A DNA stretch of 11,489 nucleotides from Gemmatimonadota bacterium (GTDB lineage: Bacteria > Latescibacterota > UBA2968 > UBA8231), in NCBI GenBank assembly GCA_038128265.1, contig JAYPJE010000001.1:117083-128571 (forward strand). The letters are read 5' to 3'. The position numbers were made by a program, and so were the translations under genes. The notes beneath the pieces are model-generated. The model saw only the letters and a program-made list of their open reading frames with translations. It had not been told where the DNA came from and ran no database searches. Positions within the stretch are counted from its first letter, which is position 1, and each line of letters begins with the position of its first letter. Below, piece by piece: positions 1 through 7,757 of the stretch.

Positions 1-5
1 CCTCC
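1..5 (-). promoter_or_regulatory. Probable Shine-Dalgarno (GGAGG) of a downstream gene starting just outside the window
   Basis: CCTCC at 1-5 reads GGAGG on the minus strand, 20 nt after the sigma stop codon. The gene itself is not visible. Confidence 0.45.
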
Positions 6-25
6 GGAGTCCTATGTGCAGTGGG

Positions 26-634
26 CTAGGCAGTGGCCGCCAGTGGACCGATCACTTCCTCGGCCAGCGTGCGCAGCGTTTTTTGCAGCCGCAGGCGGCC
101 TCGATTCACGCGCGATTTGACCGTGCCGACGGGGCAGCAGATGATCTTTGCGATGTCCTCATAGGAGAGGCCGTTGAGGTCGCGTAGCAGCACCGCTTCG
201 CGGAACTCGTCGGGCAGCTGGTGTATAGCTGCAACCACGGCGTCTTGCACCTGATTGGAATCGGCGTGTTCGCCGGGCAGGCGCTCGCGATCAACGGGCT
301 CGTAAAATGCGGTGCGCTCTTCGTCTTCGCTGGGCCCAATGGGAATCCAATGCCAGCGCTTGCGCCGGCGCAGCTCGGTTTTGGCCAGGTTGCCGGCGAT
401 CGTATAGAGCCACGTCGAGACCTGTTCGATGGCCGGGTACTGATGGCTGTGGCGCATGCAGCGAAGAAACGTCTCTTGTACAATATCCTCCGCCGTCTCG
501 CGGTCGCCGACAAATCGGTAGACAAAATTATAGAGGGGGGTGCGATAGCGCTTTACCAAAACGGAGAGATACCCCTGGTCTGTCGCCGCTTTTTGTAGCA
601 CTTCTCGATCGCTGAGTTGTTCCATGGCTTTCAT
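26..634 (-). CDS. ECF (group IV sigma-70) RNA polymerase sigma factor, RpoE/SigW-like, ~202 aa
   Basis: Region 2 motifs (LYNFVYRFVGDRETAEDIVQETFLR, STWLYTIAGN) and region 4 motifs (LPDEFREAVLLRDLNGLSYEDIAKIICCPVGTVKSRVNRGRLRL). Start moved from 787 to ATG 634 (MKAMEQ) because GAAAGGGA (648-641) lies 6 nt upstream; ATG 625 is an alternative. Confidence 0.95.
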   Translation of the reverse strand: MKAMEQLSDREVLQKAATDQGYLSVLVKRYRTPLYNFVYRFVGDRETAEDIVQETFLRCMRHSHQYPAIEQVSTWLYTIAGNLAKTELRRRKRWHWIPIGPSEDEERTAFYEPVDRERLPGEHADSNQVQDAVVAAIHQLPDEFREAVLLRDLNGLSYEDIAKIICCPVGTVKSRVNRGRLRLQKTLRTLAEEVIGPLAATA

Positions 635-722
635 AATGCGTCCCTTTCGTAGTGGCCGGGATAAATGGCACAGGATTTGGGGATGCTTAGGCGTGCGGCC
701 TCGCCGCACTTGCCGAGAGTTT

Positions 723-738
723 AGCAAGTTCCGTACCG
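723..738 (-). promoter_or_regulatory. Sigma54 (RpoN) -24/-12 promoter candidate for the ECF sigma gene
   Basis: Minus strand CGGTACG-GAAC-TTGCT versus consensus TGGCACG-N4-TTGCW. Exact GG-N10-GC spacing, correct orientation, ~90 nt upstream of the ATG. Confidence 0.6.
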
Positions 739-800
739 CAGCCAGATTCGGCATTTTTTGCGCAATTATAGCCGAAAAAAGCCTCATTTTGAGTTTATGT

Positions 801-846
801 ATCAGAGATTCTCCTCAGAAATTTGAGGAAGTACCAGAAATCTGAT
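801..846. promoter_or_regulatory. Dyad/direct-repeat cluster, putative transcription factor or enhancer binding sites
   Basis: TCCTCA-N6-TGAGGA (812-829); direct repeat CAGAAAT(T/C)TGA at 816-826 and 835-845; outer inverted pair ATCAGA (801-806) / TCTGAT (841-846). Confidence 0.45.
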
Positions 847-865
847 GGTCCTACTACACCTTATT

Positions 866-894
866 TTGACTTTTCAGAAGGCAGGTAATAGTTT
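866..894 (+). promoter_or_regulatory. Sigma70-type promoter candidate for the SEC-C/PRT unit
   Basis: TTGACT (866-871)-N17-TAGTTT (889-894) in an AT-rich intergenic region, ~45 nt upstream of the start. Confidence 0.55.
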
Positions 895-939
895 TTCTAA
901 CCCCGTGAATTACAGCCCATTGCGAATGGAGTTGAGTTG

Positions 940-1593
<654 letters not shown>

Positions 1594-1627
1594 CCCACGC
1601 GGTCTTTTAGGCATATGAGGAGGCGAG

Positions 1628-2479
1628 ATGAGCGTTGATTTAGTGCGGGCACTGCTAGAGACGGAAGCGCTGCGTCTAGCGCCCGCAGGGTCGGTGTTTT
1701 GGTATACGTCGGGCACGGTCGGTCCCTACTATATAAATACTGAAAACTTGTATGGAGGCCCTGCTGCCGCTGCCGACCTATTGGCCTTTATCGATGTGGA
1801 AAAAGCCAATCCGCGCTTTGCGTTTGATCTGCGCGCGCGCGTGCTGCGCCAGTACGAGCAAAATGCGATCTATCGGCACGTCGTCGACGCGCTTGTAGCG
1901 CGCGCGCAGGATGCGCTAGGAGGCGAGATTGACGCCGTGTCGGGTGGCGAGCGCCGCGACTGGTTTTTCTCGCTGTCCGTGGCCGAGTGTTTGGGCAAGC
2001 CCAATCTGCTCATTTTTAAGAACCGCAAAAAGGTGCTTTTCGACGGTGAGCAGGTGTCGGCCGATGGAGTCGCCGGCCTGCGCACGCTGCACGTGGCCGA
2101 TTTGGTAACGGAAGCATCGAGCTATTTTCGCGACTGGATACCGCTGGTTGGCGAAGGGGGCGGGCAGATTGTCTACAGTGCCAACGTGGTCGACCGCGGC
2201 CAGGGAGGCATTGAAGCGCTGTGCGAAAAGGGCGTGCCATCGAGCGCCCTGCTGCGCGTCGACGAAGCGCTCTTTGCGCGCCTGCTCGAGGTTGGGCACA
2301 TCAATGCGGCACAGGCGGAGCTGCTGACGGCCTATTACCGCGATCCACACGCGGCCATGCGCGCCTTTCTCGTCGAGCATCCGCATTTCCTGCAGGCCGC
2401 TCTGCAGGCCGAAGACGCACGCACGCGCGAACGCGCGCAGCGCCTAGTCGATGAGGACCTCTACGGACTCAATAAATAA
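1628..2479 (+). CDS. Type I phosphoribosyltransferase, orotate PRT (PyrE)-like, 283 aa
   Basis: N-terminal FWYTSGTVGPYYIN resembles the OPRT hood motif (FxLxSGxxSPYY). PRPP-loop-like LHVADLVTEASS, followed by VVDRGQGG. Strong RBS GAGGAGG at 1617-1623. Confidence 0.72.
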   Translation: MSVDLVRALLETEALRLAPAGSVFWYTSGTVGPYYINTENLYGGPAAAADLLAFIDVEKANPRFAFDLRARVLRQYEQNAIYRHVVDALVARAQDALGGEIDAVSGGERRDWFFSLSVAECLGKPNLLIFKNRKKVLFDGEQVSADGVAGLRTLHVADLVTEASSYFRDWIPLVGEGGGQIVYSANVVDRGQGGIEALCEKGVPSSALLRVDEALFARLLEVGHINAAQAELLTAYYRDPHAAMRAFLVEHPHFLQAALQAEDARTRERAQRLVDEDLYGLNK

Positions 2480-2504
2480 TTCGATCGACTGTCTGCGGGC
2501 CCTG

Positions 2505-5500
2505 CTATCCAGCCGCGTCAACCAGCTGATCGCGCTCGTCGACGCGCACCGATACCAGCTGCGATATGCCCTCTTCGGGCATGGTGACGCCGTGCAGCGT
2601 ATCGGCGGAGGCCATGGTGATTTTGTTGTGCGTCACGACGATAAACTGCGTTTTGCGCGCGAACTCTTTGAGCACGCGCACGAAACGCCCGATGTTGCTA
2701 TCGTCTAGCGGCGCATCTACTTCGTCGAGAATGCAAAAGGGGCTGGGCTTGACGAGGTAGATGGCAAAGAGCAGCGAAATAGCCGTCAGCGCGCGCTCCC
2801 CACCCGAGAGCAGGGCGATGCTCTGCAGCTGTTTGCCGCGCGGCCGGGCAATGATTTCTATGCCGGCCTCCAACGGGTCGGCGCCCTCCTCGAGCGTCAG
2901 GTCGGCTTGGCCGCCCTCGAAAAAGCGCGCGTAGGTCTCCTGAAACTTTTCTCGAATCTGGCCGAAGGTCTCCAAAAACATGCGCCGCGCCGTGCGGTCG
3001 ATGAGGTTGAGCGTCTTTTTGAGATCTTCCGCTGCGACGACGAGGTCATCGCGCTGCTGGACCAAGAAATCATAGCGCTCTTTTTGCTCGTCGTATTCTT
3101 CCAATACACCTAGATGCACGGAGCCCAGCCGATGCAGGGCTTGGCGCAGCTCGTCCAGTCGGCGCTGCGATTCTTCGGAGTCGATTTCTTCTTCCGGGGC
3201 GCCCATGGCCTCGACGTCACAGTGCTGCTCTTCCTGCAGTCGTTCGCGAATAGACGTGGCGCGGTTGCCCAACTCGGAGATGCGCAGCTCTATCTGGTGT
3301 CTGCGCTCGCGCTGGGCATTGAGGTCGCGCTGCATGCGGCTGATCTGCTCTTCCAGCTCTCGGTTTTGCGCGTTGAGCTGTGCCCAGTGCTGGCGGCGCT
3401 CGTCCTGAGCTGCGGCCAGCGCTTCACGCCCTTCGTGCAGGGAGCGCAGCATCTCTTCCAAGCGGACAATATCTGCGCTGCGTTCCTCGGATTCGCGCGC
3501 GGCCTGCTCGCTCTCCCCTTGCAGGCGATCAATATTGCGCACCAGGTTTTCCTCAATATTGCCCAGGCGCTGCGCATCGCGCTCCAGGCTCTGGGCCGAC
3601 TCCGCCGTCCGTGCTCGTTCCACGCGCAGCACGCCCAGCTGATCGCGCTTTTCCTGGCGCGTATTTTCGCTGGCGCGGAGCTCGGTTTCACCTTCTTCTA
3701 TTGCCTGCTCAACGGCCCGAGTCTGTTCGTCGATTTGCGTTAGGCGCTGAGTTTGTGTGGCAATCGAATCGCGCAGCGAATGGCTGCGTTCGGCGATGCG
3801 GGCCACCTCTGCGCGCAGCTGGTCTAAGCGCGCCTGCAAGCGCTGAACCTCTTGGCTGGCGCTCTGATGGCTATGGGTCGTATCGCGCTCTTCCTCGCGG
3901 CACTGACCGACCCGCTCGTCGAGCGTTTGCTGCACGCCCTCGAGCGTTGCGCGCCGTCGATCCTGTGCCTTGATCTGCAGGTCGAGTGCGACGAGCTGGG
4001 CTTCCTGGCGCGCGAGCAGGTCGCGCAGGGTGCGGATTTCGCTACGCCGACCGAGGACGGCCGACTCCTCGTCTCCGGCCTTGCCACCTGCTACGCGACC
4101 ATAGAGGTCGATGGCATCGCCGTCTGGGGTGATAAAGCGCATCGCCGTCGATGCATTCTGGCGGGCCAGTTCCAGCGCGCTGCCAAGGTCGTCGACCAGG
4201 TAGGTATTGTGCAAGAGGTGCTGCAGCAGCGATGCGGCGGGAGCGTCGACGCGCACGAAGTCGAGTAGGGGGCCGCGCAGGCCAGGAGCCGGGGCCAGCG
4301 CCGCGCTCGGGCGGGGTGACAGCGGCCAGTCCAAGGGGTATATGCCCGCTCGCCCCGAGTGTTCTTTGAGGTGTCGTATCGCATCTAAAAGGCCGTTTCC
4401 ATCTCGGGCGATCAGCGCCTGAAGCGATTCGCCGAGCGCCGTTTCTACGGCGCGCGCGTGCTCGGGTGCGACTTCGATTAGGTCGCCGAGCACGCCTTGA
4501 AAGAGGTCTGCATAGGGGGATTCTAACATGAGCGTGCGCACGCCGCTGGCATAGCCTTCGTAGCCGGAGCGCAGCTTCTGCAGGACCTGTAGGCGCGCCT
4601 CGTTGGCTGCGGTCGTGCGGCGCAACTCGTCCCGCTGCTCTTGCAGTGCGGCCAGGCGCTGACGTGCCGCGCCGACTTTGACTTGCGTTTGCTCTTGGTG
4701 CTGGCGAACTTCACCCAACTGGGCGCGCGCGGCTTCGAGCTGAATGCCAATTTCGGCATGGCGTTCATGCGCGCGCTGGCGCTCGGCGTCGAGGCTTTCC
4801 AATTCGCTGCGCATCGCCTCCTCGCGCTCGTCGAGGGATTCGCATTCGGCCTGCTGGCGCTCGAGCGAACGGCTGCTGTCGGCCTGCTGACGCATGTAGT
4901 CCATGCGCTGGCGCTGGCGCTGTTCGAGCGCTGTGCGCAGGGTGCGGTAGGCCTCTTCGCTCTGCTGTGCTTCGCTTTCGCGCTCGCTTAGGGTCGACTC
5001 GGTCGCCGCTAGCGCCTCGCTCACGGCCCCTAGACGTTCGATCGCTTCGCTGCGCTGGGCGCGTGCCTGCTGCAGCTGGCCTCCGTAGTCTTCGGCTTCG
5101 CGCCGGGCGCGCTCGACGCTCTGCTCGGCCGCTTCGCGCCGCCCGCGCAGCGCGACCAGTTCGCGCTCTCTTTCGTGTATCTCCTCGATGCGGCTATTGA
5201 GCTGCAGGCCGGCTTCTTGCATCTGCTTTTCGGCGTCGGTCAGCGCCAGGCGGGCCTTTTCCAATTCGGCTTCGCGCGTGGTGAACTGAGTGTAGTCGGA
5301 TTCGCTGCCGCGATTGAGCTGTTCAAATTCCTCTTCGAGCGGTTTGAGTTCGGCGCGAATGGAAAAAAATGTGAATCGCCCGAGCAGAACCTCCAGGTTG
5401 TCGAGCTCTTGCTTGTATTCCTGATAGCGGCGCGCGCGGCCGACCTGTCGACCGAGGTAGTCGACCTGGCGCTTGACCTCGGCGATGATGTCTTCGATGC

Positions 5501-6068
5501 GGGTGAGGTCTGCCTGCGTGGCCTCGAGGCGGTTCCACGTCGAGCGCCGGCGCGTTTTGTACTTTGTTATGCCGGCCGCTTCCTCGAGAATGCGCCGGCG
5601 GTTTTCCGTTTTCTCGCTGACGATTTCGTCGATCATGCCCTGCTCCATGACCGAGTAGGCCCCCTGGCCTAGGCCGGTGTCCATCAGCAGGTTGGTGATG
5701 TCGAGCAGCCGGCAGGGAATTTTGTTCATCAAGTAGTCGCTCTCGCCGGAGCGGAAGAGGCGGCGCGTCAGCATCACTTCGTTGAACTCTATGGGCAGAA
5801 TATTTTCGTGGTTCTCAATCGTCAATGCGACCTCCGACATGCCCAGCGCCTTGCGGTTGCGCGTGCCAGAGAAGATGACTTCCTCCATTTTGTGGCTGCG
5901 GAAAGCGCCGGCCCGCTGCTCGCCGAGAACCCAGCGGATGGCTTCTACGACGTTTGATTTGCCGCATCCGTTGGGACCGACGATGGCGGTGATGCCCGGG
6001 TCAAAGGGAATGACAATTTTTTGGGCGAAGGATTTAAAACCAAAGACTTCCAGTTGAGTGAGGCGCAC
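2505..6068 (-). CDS. smc: Chromosome segregation protein SMC, ~1187 aa
   Basis: N-terminal GFKSF, Walker A GPNGCGKS, long coiled coils, hinge motif G-X6-G-X3-GG (GDAIDLYGRVAGG), signature LSGGE, Walker B/D-loop CILDEVDAPLD. Start moved to GTG 6068 (RBS GGGAG at 6082-6078). Confidence 0.98.
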   Translation of the reverse strand: MRLTQLEVFGFKSFAQKIVIPFDPGITAIVGPNGCGKSNVVEAIRWVLGEQRAGAFRSHKMEEVIFSGTRNRKALGMSEVALTIENHENILPIEFNEVMLTRRLFRSGESDYLMNKIPCRLLDITNLLMDTGLGQGAYSVMEQGMIDEIVSEKTENRRRILEEAAGITKYKTRRRSTWNRLEATQADLTRIEDIIAEVKRQVDYLGRQVGRARRYQEYKQELDNLEVLLGRFTFFSIRAELKPLEEEFEQLNRGSESDYTQFTTREAELEKARLALTDAEKQMQEAGLQLNSRIEEIHERERELVALRGRREAAEQSVERARREAEDYGGQLQQARAQRSEAIERLGAVSEALAATESTLSERESEAQQSEEAYRTLRTALEQRQRQRMDYMRQQADSSRSLERQQAECESLDEREEAMRSELESLDAERQRAHERHAEIGIQLEAARAQLGEVRQHQEQTQVKVGAARQRLAALQEQRDELRRTTAANEARLQVLQKLRSGYEGYASGVRTLMLESPYADLFQGVLGDLIEVAPEHARAVETALGESLQALIARDGNGLLDAIRHLKEHSGRAGIYPLDWPLSPRPSAALAPAPGLRGPLLDFVRVDAPAASLLQHLLHNTYLVDDLGSALELARQNASTAMRFITPDGDAIDLYGRVAGGKAGDEESAVLGRRSEIRTLRDLLARQEAQLVALDLQIKAQDRRRATLEGVQQTLDERVGQCREEERDTTHSHQSASQEVQRLQARLDQLRAEVARIAERSHSLRDSIATQTQRLTQIDEQTRAVEQAIEEGETELRASENTRQEKRDQLGVLRVERARTAESAQSLERDAQRLGNIEENLVRNIDRLQGESEQAARESEERSADIVRLEEMLRSLHEGREALAAAQDERRQHWAQLNAQNRELEEQISRMQRDLNAQRERRHQIELRISELGNRATSIRERLQEEQHCDVEAMGAPEEEIDSEESQRRLDELRQALHRLGSVHLGVLEEYDEQKERYDFLVQQRDDLVVAAEDLKKTLNLIDRTARRMFLETFGQIREKFQETYARFFEGGQADLTLEEGADPLEAGIEIIARPRGKQLQSIALLSGGERALTAISLLFAIYLVKPSPFCILDEVDAPLDDSNIGRFVRVLKEFARKTQFIVVTHNKITMASADTLHGVTMPEEGISQLVSVRVDERDQLVDAAG

Positions 6069-6088
6069 GATCCAGGACTCCCGATAGA

Positions 6089-6111
6089 TACACCGCTGTC
6101 GCAGCGGTGCA
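6089..6111 (-). other. Stem-loop in the smc 5' leader just upstream of the RBS
   Basis: Perfect inverted repeat CACCGCTG-TCG-CAGCGGTG (6091-6109), extendable to 10 bp with one G-U pair on the minus-strand RNA. Confidence 0.5.
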
Positions 6112-6239
6112 GATAGGCATTGAGTACGACCTGTAAGGGGAGTGGTGGGCCACAGTGGGATAAAACGGGGCCCGATCGCCTGCATCTGGGGGAAGGGGAC
6201 GCGGCGAGTATACACAACAACTTGGGTAGAGCGCTGAAT

Positions 6240-6268
6240 ATAGTACTGTATATTGGATGTGTGGTCAA
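6240..6268 (-). promoter_or_regulatory. Sigma70-type promoter candidate for smc
   Basis: Minus strand TTGACC (6268-6263)-N17-TACTAT (6245-6240). Confidence 0.6.
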
Positions 6269-6282
6269 GCATTTTATGTGGC

Positions 6283-6311
6283 TTGACGTGCGGCGCTGCC
6301 GGGTGCAGATT
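6283..6311 (+). promoter_or_regulatory. Sigma70-type promoter candidate for the small ORF at 6328
   Basis: TTGACG (6283-6288)-N17-CAGATT (6306-6311). Good -35, weak -10. Confidence 0.4.
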
Positions 6312-6327
6312 AGCGCAAAATGGAGGA

Positions 6328-6555
6328 ATGGCCCGATTGAATATAGAAATGCTCCACGGTGAGATCGTCGCGCGACTGCCCGAAGACCGGCGTGCGGTGA
6401 TGCAGGCGCTCACCGACGAATTTGAGGTGGGGGAGACCATGCATCTAATCCTAGCCCTCGTTTCGGGGACCAGTCAGCGCGAACGACAGATCTTGCGTTT
6501 GCTGATGACCGATATCGAGAAGATGGAGGCGCAGAAAGAGAGCGGAAATCAGTAG
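6328..6555 (+). CDS. Small hypothetical helical protein (72-75 aa)
   Basis: Protein-like amphipathic composition and it fills the gap between neighbours. GGAGG at 6322-6326 is only 1 nt from ATG 6328, so the in-frame TTG 6337 (10 nt spacing) may be the real start. No family recognised. Confidence 0.7.
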   Translation: MARLNIEMLHGEIVARLPEDRRAVMQALTDEFEVGETMHLILALVSGTSQRERQILRLLMTDIEKMEAQKESGNQ

Positions 6556-6631
6556 AGGATCAAGTGCGGAAGTCGATATAGAGTATATATCACATAGTTG
6601 GATACCAAGTAATACCGGAAAGCAGGAAGAC

Positions 6632-6916
6632 GTGTTGGAATACGCACTTGGTTTTACCCTGATACTCTTGCCGCTGTGCATGCGCATAGTCACGGCCGAT
6701 GCAATGAGAAAACGCACCCAATACATGCAGCAGATTGACGGCGAGTTTCGCGCCATCTCCGACCAGATGTGCGACGTGCAGTCGCAGCTAGAGGACGCCG
6801 AGCGCCAGCAGCGCCAGTATGCCATCCGGCGATCTCGCTTGCTCAACGAAATTGCCGCTGCGCGCGGCGAGTTGGAGCGTTTGCGCCGGCCGGCTGGCGT
6901 GCGGATGGCCGCTTGA
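6632..6916 (+). CDS. Small hypothetical protein: N-terminal hydrophobic anchor plus coiled coil (94 aa)
   Basis: Hydrophobic YALGFTLILLPLCM followed by an uninterrupted Q/E/R-rich heptad-like helix. Purine-rich GCAGGAAG upstream of the GTG/TTG start. Confidence 0.72.
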   Translation: MLEYALGFTLILLPLCMRIVTADAMRKRTQYMQQIDGEFRAISDQMCDVQSQLEDAERQQRQYAIRRSRLLNEIAAARGELERLRRPAGVRMAA

Positions 6917-6926
6917 GCGAGGTGAT

Positions 6927-7757
6927 GTGCCCGAGTGGCGCGCAGCCTATCGCATAGGCGATAGCGCGCTGGTTCTTTGGGGCGCGTCGCCGGCCCTGGA
7001 AGCGTGGGCGGCGAGTCTCTATCCCTGCGCGCGCAGTGGCGACCGTGCGGATGCAGCGCGCGCGTTTTACCTCGCCGAGCAAGAGGGTGCCTACGGCCTT
7101 TGGGAGAAGGGCGAGCAGATCGCGGTGGCCGCCACGCAGAGCGCCTTTTTCATTGAGCTCGAGTGGCGCATGACGCGGGTGCTGATGGAGGGGCTGCACC
7201 AACGCTACCAGCTGCATGCCGGCGTCGTCGCGCGCAACGGTGGTGCGCTCGTTCTATGCGGTGCGTCGGGTGCGGGCAAGACCTCCCTGTGCGTGGCCCT
7301 CGGCCTGCGCGGCGCTGTCGTCTACAGCGACGAAGTCGCCGCATTCGACATGAATACCCTGCGCATTGACCCCTTTCCCCGCGACCTCATCGTCCACGCC
7401 GGCACGCAGTCGCTCTTCCCCGAATTGGCTTCGCTCGACGTTCCGCCTTGGAAGTGTTTTGCTGATCGCAAGCACCTGCCGCCCCGCGGTTGGTGCGCCC
7501 AGGCCGAAGGTCCCGTGCCCTGTCGGGCACTGCTCTTTCCGCGCCTGCAGGCGGGCGGGCCGTCCGTGCTGCGCCGCCTTGGCCAGGCAGAGGCGGCCCA
7601 GCGCGTATTGGAGCAATCGTTCAGCGTTGCTCAGTGGGAACAGCGGGCCATCGACGCGGTGGCCGCGCTGGTCGAGCACCATCCCGCCTGGGAGTTGGTC
7701 TTTGCCGACGCGCGCGGCGCGGCCGATATATTATGGGATTCAGAAATCGTCTGGTGA
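6927..7757 (+). CDS. HPr kinase-related P-loop protein (HprK-related kinase, not canonical HprK/P)
   Basis: LHAGVVARNGGALVLCGASGAGKTSLCVAL...VYSDE matches the HprK-type H-x-x-x-V / Walker A / acidic-pair pattern. Start moved to GTG 6927 (GAGGTGAT at 6919-6926), which removes the overlap with the upstream ORF. Confidence 0.8.
   Translation: MPEWRAAYRIGDSALVLWGASPALEAWAASLYPCARSGDRADAARAFYLAEQEGAYGLWEKGEQIAVAATQSAFFIELEWRMTRVLMEGLHQRYQLHAGVVARNGGALVLCGASGAGKTSLCVALGLRGAVVYSDEVAAFDMNTLRIDPFPRDLIVHAGTQSLFPELASLDVPPWKCFADRKHLPPRGWCAQAEGPVPCRALLFPRLQAGGPSVLRRLGQAEAAQRVLEQSFSVAQWEQRAIDAVAALVEHHPAWELVFADARGAADILWDSEIVW

Noticed and set aside
666..680. Plus-strand sigma54-like TGGCACAGGATTTGG
   Set aside because: Has GG instead of the conserved GC at -12 and is ~260 nt from the next + gene, which has its own sigma70 candidate.
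635..787. N-terminal 51-aa extension of the ECF ORF in the ORF track
   Set aside because: Not sigma-like, overlaps the promoter elements, and a good RBS precedes ATG 634.
2566..6057. Many alternative-frame and antisense ORFs inside smc (similar ones inside pyrG, the PRT, the kinase and the Lpt-like gene)
   Set aside because: Shadow ORFs expected in GC-rich coding DNA; no recognisable motifs, and fully overlapped by well-supported genes.
6244..6262. LexA SOS box-like TACTGTATAT
   Set aside because: Only a half-site; the required ACAG arm of CTGT-N8-ACAG is absent.
6069..6440. 124-aa N-terminal extension of SMC in the ORF track
   Set aside because: SMC proteins begin just before the GFKSF motif; the extension runs across promoters and into the opposite-strand gene.
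2505..7757. SMC-based defence system (Wadjet/MksBEF, Lamassu) with neighbouring small genes
   Set aside because: The SMC has the length, hinge and motifs of canonical housekeeping Smc; no kleisin, KITE, Toprim or effector gene is adjacent, and the neighbours are on the opposite strand.
6328..7757. Lasso peptide or other RiPP cluster around the HprK-like kinase
   Set aside because: No cyclase, peptidase, PqqD/RRE or precursor-like leader motif is visible in the window.
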